A DNA stretch of 64,000 bases from Abditibacteriaceae bacterium (GTDB lineage: Bacteria > Armatimonadota > Abditibacteriia > Abditibacteriales > Abditibacteriaceae). Location of the stretch: assembly GCA_965277285.1 (NCBI GenBank), contig OZ255721.1, positions 3,008,001 to 3,072,000 of the forward strand, given 5' to 3'. Under the pieces are notes generated by a model, which saw only the letters and a program-made list of their open reading frames with translations, did no database searches and was not told where the DNA came from. A program made the position numbers and the translations under genes. Below are positions 29,351-40,185 of the stretch, one piece after another (the first letter of the stretch is position 1; every line of letters starts with the position of its first letter).

Positions 29351-30100
29351 ATGGAAACCGAAAAAATTCCCGTTTCAAACGTGTCGTCTATAGCGGCGCT
29401 CATTCCTGTGGACGCTTCTTCAACCGACGCTTCTTCAACCGACGCTTCTTCAACCGACGCTTCTTCAACCGACGCTTCTCTGGCGAGTGTTTCCGTTGCG
29501 GTGGCTTCCGTACGTGGTCGTAAGACTTCTTCCAAGCTGGTGCATCGCGTTCACGCTTTGCCGTCTTTGTCGGTTGTCGTGCGCGATTTGCAGGCGGCAG
29601 ATGGCCGACATCTGGAATGGCATGGCGCCGAAGATTTGCGCGATTGGTACCAAACGCAGTGGGAAAATCACGAGAGCGGCCAGGTGCGCGTTCTCATCGC
29701 CGATTTCAACGGCTTTCCGATTGGGCAAAGCGCCATTCACTGGCATGGAAAACCGACGCATCCGCTTGTTCCCGATTTGCAATCGTTGCGCGTGATGCAC
29801 GCTTTTCGCGGCTTGGGATTGGGAACTTTGCTGCTCGATTGCGCCGAACAACTTGTCGCGCGAAGCGGACACGCGCAAATTAGCCTGGCGGTTGGTGTAC
29901 AAAATCCACGCGCCCGCACACTTTACGAACGTTTGGGATATAACACTTTCGGCGAAGCCTACGACGACGAATGGACATATCGCAACGCGCGCGGCGAAAC
30001 TTGCACAGCGTGTGAAACCGTTTTCGACATGGTGAAAAACTTGCCAATGCCCAACGTCGAACACGATGGCGAATTGAGTACTCGATTGCCAAGAAAGTGA
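29351..30100 (+). CDS. GNAT acetyltransferase with N-terminal DASST repeats
   Basis: FRGLGLGTLLL, NPRARTLYERLGY. Confidence 0.88.
   Translation: METEKIPVSNVSSIAALIPVDASSTDASSTDASSTDASSTDASLASVSVAVASVRGRKTSSKLVHRVHALPSLSVVVRDLQAADGRHLEWHGAEDLRDWYQTQWENHESGQVRVLIADFNGFPIGQSAIHWHGKPTHPLVPDLQSLRVMHAFRGLGLGTLLLDCAEQLVARSGHAQISLAVGVQNPRARTLYERLGYNTFGEAYDDEWTYRNARGETCTACETVFDMVKNLPMPNVEHDGELSTRLPRK
29411..29479 (+). repeat. 15-bp tandem repeat x4.6 (GACGCTTCTTCAACC)
   Basis: Read directly. Confidence 0.95.
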
Positions 30101-30107
30101 AAGCGCC

Positions 30108-30569
30108 ATGAAGATCGTAATTCAGCGTTGCCAGTCGGCGCGCGTCGAAGTCGAAGGCGAAGTCGTCGGGCAAATCGCGCAGGGCTTGGCGATTTTTGTC
30201 GGCATCGAGGACGGCGACGAGGAAAGCGAACTGGCGAAAATGGCGCGCAAAATCGTTGCATTGCGCATCTTTGACAACGATGAAGGGCGTTTCGACCTTT
30301 CCGTGATTGACATTGGCGGCGAGATTTTAGCAATTTCCAATTTTACGTTGTGCGGTCAAACTTCCAAAGGCGCGCGCCCCAATTTTAGTGGCGCCGCAAA
30401 GCCCGCTTTCGCACAGCCCGCCTTCGAGCACTTTGTTACACTTTTGTGCGCCCACAACGTCGCGGTGCAAACCGGAACGTTTGGTGCTCACATGAAAGTC
30501 CAGGTCGAAAACGACGGACCTGTGACAATGGTTTTAGAAACCACAAAACGTGGCGAAAAGGGTTCGTGA
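30108..30569 (+). CDS. dtd: D-aminoacyl-tRNA deacylase
   Basis: MKIVIQR, LRIFD, SNFTL, FGAHMKVQVENDGPVT. Confidence 0.95.
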   Translation: MKIVIQRCQSARVEVEGEVVGQIAQGLAIFVGIEDGDEESELAKMARKIVALRIFDNDEGRFDLSVIDIGGEILAISNFTLCGQTSKGARPNFSGAAKPAFAQPAFEHFVTLLCAHNVAVQTGTFGAHMKVQVENDGPVTMVLETTKRGEKGS

Positions 30570-30622
30570 ATCGCCTTTTCGAGTACTCGATTTGTACAAT
30601 TGCAACTTGTGCCATTTGTTCC

Positions 30623-31711
30623 ATGACAAAAAATGACGCAGCAGAAAATGACTCACTGATGAACGAACGATCTCTCAACTCCGCCGAAGAAGCGTGTCTG
30701 GAAGACCATTTAAGCGACCGTTTGGGCGACCACCTGGGTGACGCGCTCGAAATGGACGGCCAGCAAAGCGACGAAAATACTGGCGACGAAATTAATGGCG
30801 ACGGCGATGTGAACGACCACAACGTGAACGACGGCGATGTGAACGACCACAACGTGAACGACGGCGATGTGAACGACCACAACGTGAACGACCACAACGA
30901 CGCCGAGCACGCCGACAACTTCGGTTCTATGGCGGTGGAAAACGGCTTTCGCGGCATTGGTTATGGCGGCGACCGCGATCCGCAAGAAGTCTTGCAGGAA
31001 TACCGTGAGGCGGCGCGTGCTAATCCCGAATCGGCCATACATCAAGCTGACCTCGCCGAAGGTTACGCTGCTGCCGACCAGCCGCATAAAGCCCTGCGCC
31101 AATATCAACGCGCTTTGCAAACGCAGCGCGAAAATGGTCAGGAAGAAATGCCGGACGCGCACCTGGGCATCGGCGATTTATGTCGCACTTTCGCGCTTAG
31201 TGCCGCTGCGGTTCGCTCTTATGAGCGCGCGGTGCGTTTGCGTCCTCAGCGCCCGTATTACCGCTGGAAATTGGCGGTTGCGCTGGCCGCAATGGGGCTT
31301 TATGAACAATCGGTGGCGCAGATGAGCAAGGCGATTGAATACGCGCCGCGCGACACGTATTATCGTTTTCAATTGGCCGATGTTTATCTGTTGATGGGGC
31401 GTGAAGACGACGCGATTTGCGAATTGCAGCGCGTTGTCGAACTGGCGCCGCGCGACGATTATTATCGCTTGCGATTGGGCGCCGCCTTATTGAGACGCGA
31501 GCGCACCAATGAAGCTGTTTTGCAGTTTGAGCGCGCCGTACAATTGCAGCCCGAAAACGCGTCTTATTGGACATTGTTGCGCTACGCTTACACGCGCAAC
31601 GATCAGGCACCGGCGATTTCGGTCGATGTCGACATGATCTCGCTGGGCGCCTACGATGAAGATTTCGTGCGACGCATTCAACGTCTGGCCGGCGAAACGG
31701 CTCTTTCCTGA
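30623..31711 (+). CDS. TPR-repeat protein with acidic N-terminal repeats
   Basis: Multiple TPR-like units (YERAVRLRP, AIEYAP, VVELAP). Confidence 0.85.
   Translation: MTKNDAAENDSLMNERSLNSAEEACLEDHLSDRLGDHLGDALEMDGQQSDENTGDEINGDGDVNDHNVNDGDVNDHNVNDGDVNDHNVNDHNDAEHADNFGSMAVENGFRGIGYGGDRDPQEVLQEYREAARANPESAIHQADLAEGYAAADQPHKALRQYQRALQTQRENGQEEMPDAHLGIGDLCRTFALSAAAVRSYERAVRLRPQRPYYRWKLAVALAAMGLYEQSVAQMSKAIEYAPRDTYYRFQLADVYLLMGREDDAICELQRVVELAPRDDYYRLRLGAALLRRERTNEAVLQFERAVQLQPENASYWTLLRYAYTRNDQAPAISVDVDMISLGAYDEDFVRRIQRLAGETALS
30800..30900 (+). repeat. 30-bp tandem repeat x3 (DGDVNDHNVN)
   Basis: GACGGCGATGTGAACGACCACAACGTGAAC x3 plus a partial unit. Confidence 0.95.
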
Positions 31712-31750
31712 ACTTCGAGTACTCGAATAACGCGCAACTGGTCAAACAGC

Positions 31751-31779
31751 TTGACGTGACGCGTTGTTTAAGCGATAAT
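31751..31779 (+). promoter_or_regulatory. Sigma70-type promoter of the tRNA gene
   Basis: TTGACG-N17-GATAAT, 13 nt upstream of the tRNA. Confidence 0.7.
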
Positions 31780-31792
31780 TTGAAGCCGTTGT

Positions 31793-31865
31793 GCCACCTT
31801 AGCTCAGTTGGTAGAGCATCGCATTCGTAATGCGAGGGTCGCCGGTTCGAGTCCGGCAGGTGGCT
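31793..31865 (+). tRNA. tRNA-Thr(CGT), CCA not encoded
   Basis: GCCACCT/AGGTGGC acceptor stem, AGCTCAGTTGGTAGAGC D arm, TCGCA-TTCGTAA-TGCGA anticodon arm, GTTCGAGTC T loop. Confidence 0.95.
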
Positions 31866-31878
31866 TGCAAATTAGCAG

Positions 31879-31915
31879 AAAAGCCCGAATCTCTATGAAT
31901 GAGATTTGGGCTTTT
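31879..31915. terminator. Terminator after the tRNA
   Basis: AAAAGCCCGAATCTC...GAGATTTGGGCTTTT. Confidence 0.8.
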
Positions 31916-31956
31916 GTTGTTTCGGAAATATTCACGGGCAAACGAGGAGCACATTC

Positions 31957-32026
31957 CAGAACCCCGAACGTAAGTGAGGGGCTGAGTGGCAGTTACGTTA
32001 GCCCCTCACTCACGTTCGGGGTTCTG
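31957..32026. repeat. Family B hairpin repeat overlapping the arnT 3' end
   Basis: CAGAACCCCGAACGTAAGTGAGGGGCT...AGCCCCTCACTCACGTTCGGGGTTCTG. Confidence 0.85.
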
Positions 32027-33865
32027 AGAACGCGGCGGCGTGAGTGCAGCAGCGGCGGCGTTGCCCAAAACCGAGCGACGCGAGTTCCACACGATTTCGA
32101 CCGCGCCTGACAATTGCGGCAATAATCGCTGCGCGGTTTTGTGGTTCTTGACGAAGCAATAAACCGGCTGCGACGATCGCATTTCGCGCTGCAACAGTGA
32201 TAAATCCCCATCGCCTTGCGTTTGGTCGAACCATATTCTGCGCTCGTTCGGTGAAAGTTGACTGGCGCCGAAATCCAATTCGCCCCAGCCGTTGATAAGT
32301 TTTACGCGTTGCCGAGTATAAAAATTAACGCCCTGCGAATATGAATCGAAAGCGACGAGTTTGGCGCCACGGTTTAATCCAGGCTGGATGTAAGCGGCCA
32401 GCGGCGCCATGTTCAAATCGGGCGAAAGCGTATTCAGAAGCGCAAAAACTGTTAGCAACAATGCAGTTGAACCGGCGCCAAAGGAAATCGCTACCATTTT
32501 CGCATTGCGCTGATGTGATGCGATAAAAACCGCGATTGACCAACCGAGAAATACGATTCCCAAGACGATGCCGTAACCATTCGGCGAAAACGGAATCGTC
32601 AGCGCCTTGTCGATTCTATCGTCGAGCAGGTTTGCCCAATACGGAACGATGTGCAACGCCACGCTCAACGCCGCGAGTCCCAGCAAGCCGAAAAGAAGGG
32701 CGAAAACGTTCAGCGAAACGATCAGCGCGCGAATCGAGTACTCGATTCGATTTCGCCACAACAAGTCGAGATACGCCGCCACCAGAATCGCCAGCGCGGG
32801 AAAATCGGGCAAAATGTACGTCAACAATTTGCTGGTCGAAGCCGAGAAAAACAGCAGAATAAACGTCGCGTTAATCAGAAGGTAAAGCGCGGCGTGTTGA
32901 TGTTCGGTTCGTTGTTCGCCGCGCGCTGGCCACAAGCGTTTCCAAGCCGCGACACCAGCAGCCGGAAGCAAAAACGTCCATGGGAGAAATAAAAGCGGCA
33001 AATTCTCGAAGAAGAACCAGGGGCTTTGAACGTGCTCGCGGTTTTTGCCGATGCCCAGAAATCGTGCGACGTTTTGTCCCCACCAAAAAAAATGGTTGAA
33101 TTCAGGATTCTTCATCGCCACCAGAATGAACCACGGCGCGGTAATCAACAAGAAAAGCGGAATGCCCAGCGCCCAGTTCATCCTGGTGAGGCTTTTGGTT
33201 TGGCGACATAAAACGACGTAGATCACAATCGAAGCACCGACCAAAAGCACGGCGACCGGCCCTTTGGAGAGAACTCCCAAGGCCAAAGCGATCCAGAAAC
33301 CGAGATTGTAAAGGGTGCGTCGACGCGTGTTTTCCTCGCTGTGTCCAAGCCACCAGAACGCCGAAGCCGCGAACAGCGCGACCGACAACAACATATCAAT
33401 GATGATAAAGCGCGCCATGACGCACCAGAAAATCGACGTGGTCAAAACCACAGTGCTCAATAAACCGGCGCGTCGCCCGAACATGCGGCGCCCCAGCGCA
33501 TAGGTCAGGAACAAGCCCAGCAAAGCACACAATGCGGGAACAAGGCGCGCGGCGGTTTCGTTCAGGCCGAAGAGTTTGAAGGAGGTCGCAGTCAGCCAAT
33601 AGAGCAACGGCGGTTTTTCAAAGTATTTGACGCCGTTCAGCGTTGGCGTAATCCAATCATGGTTGACCAGCATTTCGCGCGGAATTTCGGCGTAGCGACC
33701 TTCATCGGGATCGAAAAACCCAAAGCCGCCCAACTTCCAGAAGAAAAGAGGCAAAGAAAGTAGAAAAACTAAAAACACATCGCGCCAGGTTTGACGCGAC
33801 GAAGTTGCGGCTTCATTGGCTGCAGGTTCGAGTACTGGATTGGGTGGAAAAACGGGTGAACGCAT
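32006..33865 (-). CDS. arnT: L-Ara4N transferase (ArnT/GT83 family)
   Basis: DPDEGRYAEIPREM, YFEKPPLLYW, SKGP, SKLLTYILP; divergent from arnB. Confidence 0.85.
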   Translation of the reverse strand: MRSPVFPPNPVLEPAANEAATSSRQTWRDVFLVFLLSLPLFFWKLGGFGFFDPDEGRYAEIPREMLVNHDWITPTLNGVKYFEKPPLLYWLTATSFKLFGLNETAARLVPALCALLGLFLTYALGRRMFGRRAGLLSTVVLTTSIFWCVMARFIIIDMLLSVALFAASAFWWLGHSEENTRRRTLYNLGFWIALALGVLSKGPVAVLLVGASIVIYVVLCRQTKSLTRMNWALGIPLFLLITAPWFILVAMKNPEFNHFFWWGQNVARFLGIGKNREHVQSPWFFFENLPLLFLPWTFLLPAAGVAAWKRLWPARGEQRTEHQHAALYLLINATFILLFFSASTSKLLTYILPDFPALAILVAAYLDLLWRNRIEYSIRALIVSLNVFALLFGLLGLAALSVALHIVPYWANLLDDRIDKALTIPFSPNGYGIVLGIVFLGWSIAVFIASHQRNAKMVAISFGAGSTALLLTVFALLNTLSPDLNMAPLAAYIQPGLNRGAKLVAFDSYSQGVNFYTRQRVKLINGWGELDFGASQLSPNERRIWFDQTQGDGDLSLLQREMRSSQPVYCFVKNHKTAQRLLPQLSGAVEIVWNSRRSVLGNAAAAALTPPRSQNPERE

Positions 33866-34052
33866 AGAAATCGAAATGGTTTTGGAAATATTGAGTTAAA
33901 GCCTATCAGAACTCTGCGCGTGATTTCTTTGAAATTTCCAATGCCAGCGACTGGCGCGGTCGTGATAAAATAAAGCATTCTCCCGTTCAGGATCGGTTTT
34001 GAGAACGCCGATGTGTCGAAAAGAAACAAAGAAACGTTGCCAGAGGTGCCTT

Positions 34053-35207
34053 TTGAGTCGTTCGAGTTTTCTGCCGTTTTCGCGCCCCGATATTTCCGAA
34101 GCCGAAATCGCTGCTGTGGGCGATGTTTTGCGTTCCTGCTGGATTACGACCGGCCCCAAAAGCGCCGACTTTGAACAAGCTTGGCGCGATTACACCGGCT
34201 GTCAGGGCGCCGTTGCGCTCTCGTCCGCGACAGCCGGAATGCACGTCGTCTTGCAAGCGCTGGAACTCCAGCCGGGCGACGAAATCATCACGCCCAGTTT
34301 GACGTGGGTTTCCACCGTCAACCTCATCACTTTGCTGGGCGCGACGCCGATTTTTGTGGACGTTGACCGCGACACGCTTTTAGTTTCGCCACAGGAAATC
34401 GAAGCTGCGATTACGCCGCGCACCAGGGCGATTATTCCCGTTCATTACGCGGGCGCGCCCGTCGATTTGGAACCGTTGCGACGCATCGCGCAAACCTACA
34501 ACGTCGCCTTAATTGAAGACGCGGCGCACGCGGCGGGAACCGAGTACTCGAATCAGCGAATCGGCGCGCGCGGCACTTCCATTTTCTCGTTTCACCCGAT
34601 TAAAAATATGACGACGGGCGAAGGCGGCATGATTTCGAGTGACGATGAAGAACTTCTCAATCGTGTGCGTCGCCTGAAGTTCCACGGCTTGGGCGTTGAT
34701 GCTTTTGATCGCCAAATGCAAGGTCGCGCGCCGCAAGCCGAAGTCATCGAACCCGGTTATAAATATAATCTGACCGACATTGCGGCGGTTTTGGGTTTGG
34801 GACAATTGACGCGACTGGACGAATTCAACGCGCGACGCACCGAACTTGTCGGGATGTATCACAAACGCTTGCAAGAGATTCCCGAACTGTCGCCGCTCAG
34901 CGTTCCAACTTATGCGCATCGTCACGCCTGGCATTTGTTCATTGTGCGCTTGAACGAACGTGCTAAAATCGGGCGTGACACGTTTATGGCGGAATTGAAA
35001 AGTCGCAACATCGGCAGCGGCCTGCATTTTCGCGCGGTTCACACGCAAAAGTTCTACCGCGAAACGCTGCCGCAATGGACGGGAAAGTTGCCCAACACCG
35101 AATGGAACTCGGCCAATATGCTGTCGCTGCCGCTGTTTCCTTCGATGACCGAAGATGACTTGAACGATGTCGTGAACGCGATGAAAGATGTGTTGGCCAG
35201 CGAATGA
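34053..35207 (+). CDS. arnB: UDP-4-amino-4-deoxy-L-arabinose aminotransferase
   Basis: [51 protein letters not shown]; start uncertain. Confidence 0.93.
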   Translation: MSRSSFLPFSRPDISEAEIAAVGDVLRSCWITTGPKSADFEQAWRDYTGCQGAVALSSATAGMHVVLQALELQPGDEIITPSLTWVSTVNLITLLGATPIFVDVDRDTLLVSPQEIEAAITPRTRAIIPVHYAGAPVDLEPLRRIAQTYNVALIEDAAHAAGTEYSNQRIGARGTSIFSFHPIKNMTTGEGGMISSDDEELLNRVRRLKFHGLGVDAFDRQMQGRAPQAEVIEPGYKYNLTDIAAVLGLGQLTRLDEFNARRTELVGMYHKRLQEIPELSPLSVPTYAHRHAWHLFIVRLNERAKIGRDTFMAELKSRNIGSGLHFRAVHTQKFYRETLPQWTGKLPNTEWNSANMLSLPLFPSMTEDDLNDVVNAMKDVLASE

Positions 35208-35231
35208 AACGTTTAACGCTCATTCAAACGC

Positions 35232-35378
35232 GTGTGCCTGCGAATGAACTCGCGGCTAAGCGCGCTGCGCGCGAAGCGTCGGCCTGCGCCGACGCGAAAT
35301 GATTTAACTTTGCGTCGGCGCAGGCCGACGCTGCGGCGAACGCCGCCCAGCCGCGAGTTCACTCGCAGGTTGGCACAC
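35232..35378. repeat. Family C inverted-repeat element
   Basis: CCTGCGAATGAACTCGCGGCT...GCGTCGGCCTGCGCCGACGC / GCGTCGGCGCAGGCCGACGC...AGCCGCGAGTTCACTCGCAGG. Confidence 0.88.
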
Positions 35379-35391
35379 AACGTAAAAATTT

Positions 35392-36489
35392 ATGCAAAGC
35401 CCAATCGAGTACTCGAACTTGACAACCGAAACCCTTGCCGCGCCGACGTTTACATCCGCGCCGATTGCGACCGTCGTCGCGCCGCAGAACGTTGATAAAG
35501 TCGCTTCGTTTTCGGTTGTTGTTCCCGTTTTTAACGAAGAAGACAACCTGCCGGAATTGTTGCGGCGACTTTTAACTTCGTGCCGCAGTTTGCAACGGCC
35601 TTTTGAAATCGTGCTTGTCGATGACGGCAGCCGCGACAATTCCGCCAACATTTTGCAAGACGCCGCTCAGCAGAATCCAGGCGAAATCATCGTCGTTTTG
35701 CTGAACCGCAATTATGGTCAGCATTCGGCGATTATGGCAGGATTTGAGCGCGTGCGCGGTGATCTGGTTTTGACGATTGACGCCGATTTACAAAACCCGC
35801 CGGAAGAGATTCCCAAACTGATCGAAAAAGCCGAAAGCGGTTTCGACGTGGTTGGCACGATTCGGCTGAACCGGCGCGACAGCGGGTTTCGCAAAGTCGC
35901 ATCTGGCATCGTCAACAAAGTGACGGCCAAAGCGACCGGCGTGCAAATGCACGACTACGGTTGTATGTTGCGCGCGTATCGTCGCAGCGTGGTTCAAGCC
36001 ATGCTGCAATGTCACGAGCGCAGCACGTTTATTCCGGTTTTGGCGAACTCTTTCGCGCGTCGCGCCGGTGAAGTCGAAGTCGCTCATGCGGCGCGCGGTG
36101 CGGGCGAATCGAAGTATTCGTTGTGGAGCCTGATCAATCTTCAGTTCGATTTGCTGACCAGCATCACGACGTTTCCGCTACGATTGCTCAGCATTATCGG
36201 GTTTTTTATCTCGATGCTGGGCATCGGTTTCGGCTTTTTGCTGTTGTTGTTGCGCCTGGCGTTCGGCCACGAATGGGCGGCGCAGGGCGTTTTTACCCTC
36301 TTTGCGATTTTGTTTATTTTCGTGGGCGCGCAGTTCATCGGCATGGGACTTCTGGGCGAATACATCGGGCGCATTTATCACGATGTGCGCGCCCGTCCGC
36401 GCTATTTCGTGCAGGAAGAAATCGGCCAAAGCCAGTTGAAAAACGAATCGGCGGGAAAAGGTGCGAATCGAGTACTCGAAGGTGCATAA
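35392..36489 (+). CDS. arnC: Undecaprenyl-phosphate 4-deoxy-4-formamido-L-arabinose transferase
   Basis: [53 protein letters not shown]. Confidence 0.93.
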   Translation: MQSPIEYSNLTTETLAAPTFTSAPIATVVAPQNVDKVASFSVVVPVFNEEDNLPELLRRLLTSCRSLQRPFEIVLVDDGSRDNSANILQDAAQQNPGEIIVVLLNRNYGQHSAIMAGFERVRGDLVLTIDADLQNPPEEIPKLIEKAESGFDVVGTIRLNRRDSGFRKVASGIVNKVTAKATGVQMHDYGCMLRAYRRSVVQAMLQCHERSTFIPVLANSFARRAGEVEVAHAARGAGESKYSLWSLINLQFDLLTSITTFPLRLLSIIGFFISMLGIGFGFLLLLLRLAFGHEWAAQGVFTLFAILFIFVGAQFIGMGLLGEYIGRIYHDVRARPRYFVQEEIGQSQLKNESAGKGANRVLEGA

Positions 36490-36504
36490 TTGAGGTGAAA
36501 CAGG

Positions 36505-36846
36505 ATGCCCAATCAAACATCGGAACGCTTTTTTTTGGGATTCATAATTCTTTATGTGGTGGTTTGGATCACCTTTGAGTCTTTCTCTTCGTACACGCAG
36601 TCTTCTTTTCCTCAAGCAACTTATGGTGCGAAGATTGAAGGTAATCATTACTTTCTTCGCATCGACAAAACTCAAGACAAATATCAAGAAGTGACTCGAC
36701 AGCAGTTTGAAGAGGAAGATAGAGCCAAAACAAACTTTGCGATCATCGGTTGTGGTGGGATGCTTGGTCTTTTTGCATTTGCTCTTATTGCAGATAAGTT
36801 GAAAATTACTAAGATCGAGAAGAAGGGTTGGATGCGACATTTGTAA
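36505..36846 (+). CDS. AT-rich hypothetical two-TM protein inside the arn operon
   Basis: GAGGTG RBS; 113 aa. Confidence 0.65.
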   Translation: MPNQTSERFFLGFIILYVVVWITFESFSSYTQSSFPQATYGAKIEGNHYFLRIDKTQDKYQEVTRQQFEEEDRAKTNFAIIGCGGMLGLFAFALIADKLKITKIEKKGWMRHL

Positions 36847-36891
36847 TTCGTCCGATAGATGTTGCAAATCGAGTACTCGAAGGCGCGTGAT

Positions 36892-36979
36892 GTAGGGGCG
36901 AGGCGCTGCCTCGCCCGCGTTAGTAACAGTTGGCGTCGATATTTACAAGCATTCGGGCGACCCAGCGGGTCGCCCCTAC
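36892..36979. repeat. REP doublet, family D
   Basis: GTAGGGGCGAGGCGCTGCCTCGCCC ... GGGCGACCCAGCGGGTCGCCCCTAC. Confidence 0.88.
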
Positions 36980-36985
36980 CAAATA

Positions 36986-38986
36986 ATGAAAATGAAAACT
37001 GTTGTTCTGGCTTATCATAATGTCGGTTGCGAAGGGATTGAGGCGCTGTTGCGCAATGGTTACGAAATCAGCGCGGTTTTTACGCACGCCGATGATCCGC
37101 ATGAAAATGTGTGGTTTCGCTCGGTCGCGGAACTCGCGGCTGCTCACAACATTCCGGTTTACGCGCCGCCCGACATCAATCATCCGCTGTGGGTCGAAAA
37201 GATTCGCTCGCTGGCGCCCGATATTTTGTTTTCGTTTTATTATCGCAACTTGATCAAAGCGCCGATTTTAGATATTCCGTCCAAAGGCTGCCTCAATCTT
37301 CATGGTTCTTTGCTGCCGAAATATCGCGGGCGCACGCCGGTGAATTGGGCATTGCTGCATGGCGAAACGGAAACCGGTGTGACGTTGCATTACATGACGC
37401 CGAGACCCGACGATGGTGATATCGTGGCGCAACGTCGTGTACTCATTTCCGACGGGGACACGGCGCCAACGTTGTTCATCAAAATTACCGAAGCCGCGCG
37501 CCAATTGTTGGATGAAACCCTGCCACAAATCGCGGATGGAACGGCGCCGCGCATTCCGCAAAACCACGACGAAGCGACGTATTTTGGCGGACGCAAACCC
37601 TCAGACGGCGAGATTCACTGGGAACAATCGGCGCGCGAAGTTCGCAACCTGGTGCGCGCCGTGACGCGACCTTATCCGGGCGCTTTTACGTATCACGGCG
37701 ACCGCCAGTTGCTGATCTGGCAAGCGACCGAAGTTCCGAACGACCAGGCTGATGCGCGCGCTGGAACGGTGCTTTCGACCGAACCGTTTGTCGTCGCGTG
37801 CGGCAGTGGTGCGTTGCAAGTTGATTTCGCGCAGCCTAAAGACGGCATTTATATGAGCGGCGCGCAGGCTGTCCGCGAAATTGGTCTCAAAGCGGGAATG
37901 ACGCTGGGACGAGTTCCCGCCAAGGCCAAGCGTCGCGTTCGAGTACTCGTTCTGGGCGTCAACGGTTTTATCGGCAATGCTTTGGGCGAACGCTTGTTGC
38001 AAGACGATAATTACGAAATCCACGGCATGGATTTGCAGTCGGATAAAATCGCGCGACTTTTGCCGCATCCGAACTTTCACTTCGAGGAAGGCGATATTTC
38101 GATTCACCGCGAATGGATCGAATATCATGTGCGCAAATGCGACGTGGTTTTGCCCCTCGTCGCCATTGCGACGCCGATTGAATATGTGCGTAATCCCTTG
38201 AAAGTGTTCAATCTCGACTTTGAAGAAAACCTGCGCGTTGTGCGATACTGCGCGAAATATGGCAAGCGCGTTGTGTTTCCCTCGACTTCGGAAGTCTATG
38301 GAATGTGCGACGAACCGGAGTTCGATGAAGACAATTCCAACCTGGTTTTGGGGCCGATTCGGATGCAACGCTGGATTTATTCGTGTTCTAAACAACTTTT
38401 AGACCGCGTGATCTGGGCGTATGGCGAAAAAGAAAACCTGCCGTTCACGCTGTTTCGCCCGTTCAATTTCATCGGCCCGCGCCTGGATTCGTTGCAAGCG
38501 GCGCGCGTTGGTTCCAGTCGCGCGATTACGCAATTGATTCTCAATTTGGTGGAAGGCACGCCGATTAAATTGGTGGACGGCGGCGCGCAAAAACGCTGTT
38601 TTATTGATGTCGAAGACGCGATGGAATGCTTGTTCCGCATCATTGAAAACAAAGGCGGCGTCTGCGACAAGCAGATTTTGAACATCGGCAACCCCGACAA
38701 CGAAGCCAGCATCCGCGAACTGGCCGAAATTATCGTGCAGCAGTTTGAAGCGCATCCTTTGCGCGATCATTTTCCGCCCTTCGCCGGTTTTCAGGATGTC
38801 GAATCCGGTCAATATTACGGACGCGGCTATCAAGATGTCGAACATCGCCGTCCCAGCATCAAGAAAGCGCGCAAATTGTTGGGCTGGAATCCGACGATTG
38901 GCCTGCGCGAATCGGTGGAAACAACGGTCGATTTCTTTTTGAAAGAAGCCGTTGAATCAGGCGATTTCGCTGATTTCGCGCGGTAA
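36986..38986 (+). CDS. arnA: Bifunctional UDP-glucuronate decarboxylase / UDP-L-Ara4N formyltransferase
   Basis: [13 protein letters not shown] formyltransferase domain; [42 protein letters not shown]. Confidence 0.97.
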   Translation: MKMKTVVLAYHNVGCEGIEALLRNGYEISAVFTHADDPHENVWFRSVAELAAAHNIPVYAPPDINHPLWVEKIRSLAPDILFSFYYRNLIKAPILDIPSKGCLNLHGSLLPKYRGRTPVNWALLHGETETGVTLHYMTPRPDDGDIVAQRRVLISDGDTAPTLFIKITEAARQLLDETLPQIADGTAPRIPQNHDEATYFGGRKPSDGEIHWEQSAREVRNLVRAVTRPYPGAFTYHGDRQLLIWQATEVPNDQADARAGTVLSTEPFVVACGSGALQVDFAQPKDGIYMSGAQAVREIGLKAGMTLGRVPAKAKRRVRVLVLGVNGFIGNALGERLLQDDNYEIHGMDLQSDKIARLLPHPNFHFEEGDISIHREWIEYHVRKCDVVLPLVAIATPIEYVRNPLKVFNLDFEENLRVVRYCAKYGKRVVFPSTSEVYGMCDEPEFDEDNSNLVLGPIRMQRWIYSCSKQLLDRVIWAYGEKENLPFTLFRPFNFIGPRLDSLQAARVGSSRAITQLILNLVEGTPIKLVDGGAQKRCFIDVEDAMECLFRIIENKGGVCDKQILNIGNPDNEASIRELAEIIVQQFEAHPLRDHFPPFAGFQDVESGQYYGRGYQDVEHRRPSIKKARKLLGWNPTIGLRESVETTVDFFLKEAVESGDFADFAR

Positions 38987-38988
38987 CC

Positions 38989-39059
38989 GTAGGGGCGAGG
39001 CGCTGCCTCGCCCGAACTCGTAACGCGATAATTGGGGCGACCCAGCAGGTCGCCCCTAC
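38989..39059. repeat. REP doublet, family D
   Basis: GTAGGGGCGAGGCGCTGCCTCGCCC ... GGGGCGACCCAGCAGGTCGCCCCTAC. Confidence 0.88.
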
Positions 39060-39064
39060 AAATT

Positions 39065-39958
39065 ATGAAAATTGGACTTCGCATTGATGTCGATACGTGG
39101 CGTGGCACGCGCGAGGGCGTTCCGCAACTGCTTCGAGTACTCGAAAAGCACCACGTTCGCGGCACGTTCTTTTTCTCGTGCGGCCCCGATAATATGGGTC
39201 GTCACGTTTGGCGCTTGCTGCGGCCTTCGTTTTTCGTGAAAATGCTGCGCTCGAATGCGCCCAGTCTTTATGGCTGGGATATTTTGCTGCGCGGAACTTT
39301 CTGGCCTGGGCCGCAAATCGGGCGCGGGCAAAAAGAAGTTTTTCAGCAGACCGCGCAAGCCGGACACGAAATCGGTTTGCACGCGTGGGATCATCATGCG
39401 TGGCAAATGCAGGTGCGGCGTTCGGGAACCAGACGCGTTCACGAATGGACATCGCAAGCCTTTGAATTGCTCAAAGATGCGACCGGACAAGCGCCAATTT
39501 GCGCGGCGTCTCCGGCCTGGCGCTCCACAAACGAAGTGTTGCTCGACCGCGAAAAGTATCCGTTTCGCTTTAATAGCGATTGTCGCGGCGAATCGGTTTT
39601 CTTGCCAGAAGTGAAGAATCGAGTACTCGATCAGCCGCAAATCCCGACCACGTTGCCGACGTATGACGAAATTATCGGCACCGATGGCATCACCAACGAC
39701 AATTACAACGCGCACATTTTGTCGCTGTTGCGCGAAGACGAGTTGAACGTTTTAACCATTCACGCTGAAGTCGAAGGCATGGTTTGCGCCGAACTGTTCG
39801 CGCAGTTCTTGGATGAAGCCCAGTTGCGCGGCATTGAAATCGTGCCGTTGGGCGAATTGCTGCCGCCAGACGCAAAGACTCTTCCCAGCGCGCGTGTCGA
39901 GAAGAAAGTTGTGCTCGGGCGCGAAGGTTGGATCAGCGTGCAAGGCGCGGCATTTTGA
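39065..39958 (+). CDS. arnD: 4-deoxy-4-formamido-L-arabinose-phosphoundecaprenol deformylase
   Basis: GLRIDVDTWRGTREGVP, GPDNMGRH, GLHAWDH, TIHAEVEG. Confidence 0.95.
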   Translation: MKIGLRIDVDTWRGTREGVPQLLRVLEKHHVRGTFFFSCGPDNMGRHVWRLLRPSFFVKMLRSNAPSLYGWDILLRGTFWPGPQIGRGQKEVFQQTAQAGHEIGLHAWDHHAWQMQVRRSGTRRVHEWTSQAFELLKDATGQAPICAASPAWRSTNEVLLDREKYPFRFNSDCRGESVFLPEVKNRVLDQPQIPTTLPTYDEIIGTDGITNDNYNAHILSLLREDELNVLTIHAEVEGMVCAELFAQFLDEAQLRGIEIVPLGELLPPDAKTLPSARVEKKVVLGREGWISVQGAAF

Positions 39959-40028
39959 AACTTTCTGCGAAACTTTTGTGGTTCTATGCAGCGACGAACT
40001 CCTGAAAAAAACACCATAACAGTCAAAG

Positions 40029-40098
40029 TTTGTCATTCCGAGCGCAGCGAAGAATCTATCTTCGGTTGTAGATTCTTCGCTTTGCTCAGAATGACAAA
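40029..40098. repeat. Family A hairpin repeat
   Basis: TTTGTCATTCCGAGCGCAGCGAAGAATCTA...TAGATTCTTCGCTTTGCTCAGAATGACAAA. Confidence 0.9.
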
Positions 40099-40185
40099 GT
40101 GGGAGTTTCGAGCGTTTTGCGCACTTTCTATACAACCTATACAACCTCTCAGAATGACAAACTCTTACACTTTTTATTGGTAGTT

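Noticed and set aside
29163..30900. CRISPR array
   Set aside because: The repeats are head-to-tail without unique spacers, two of the three are in coding frame, and there are no cas genes.
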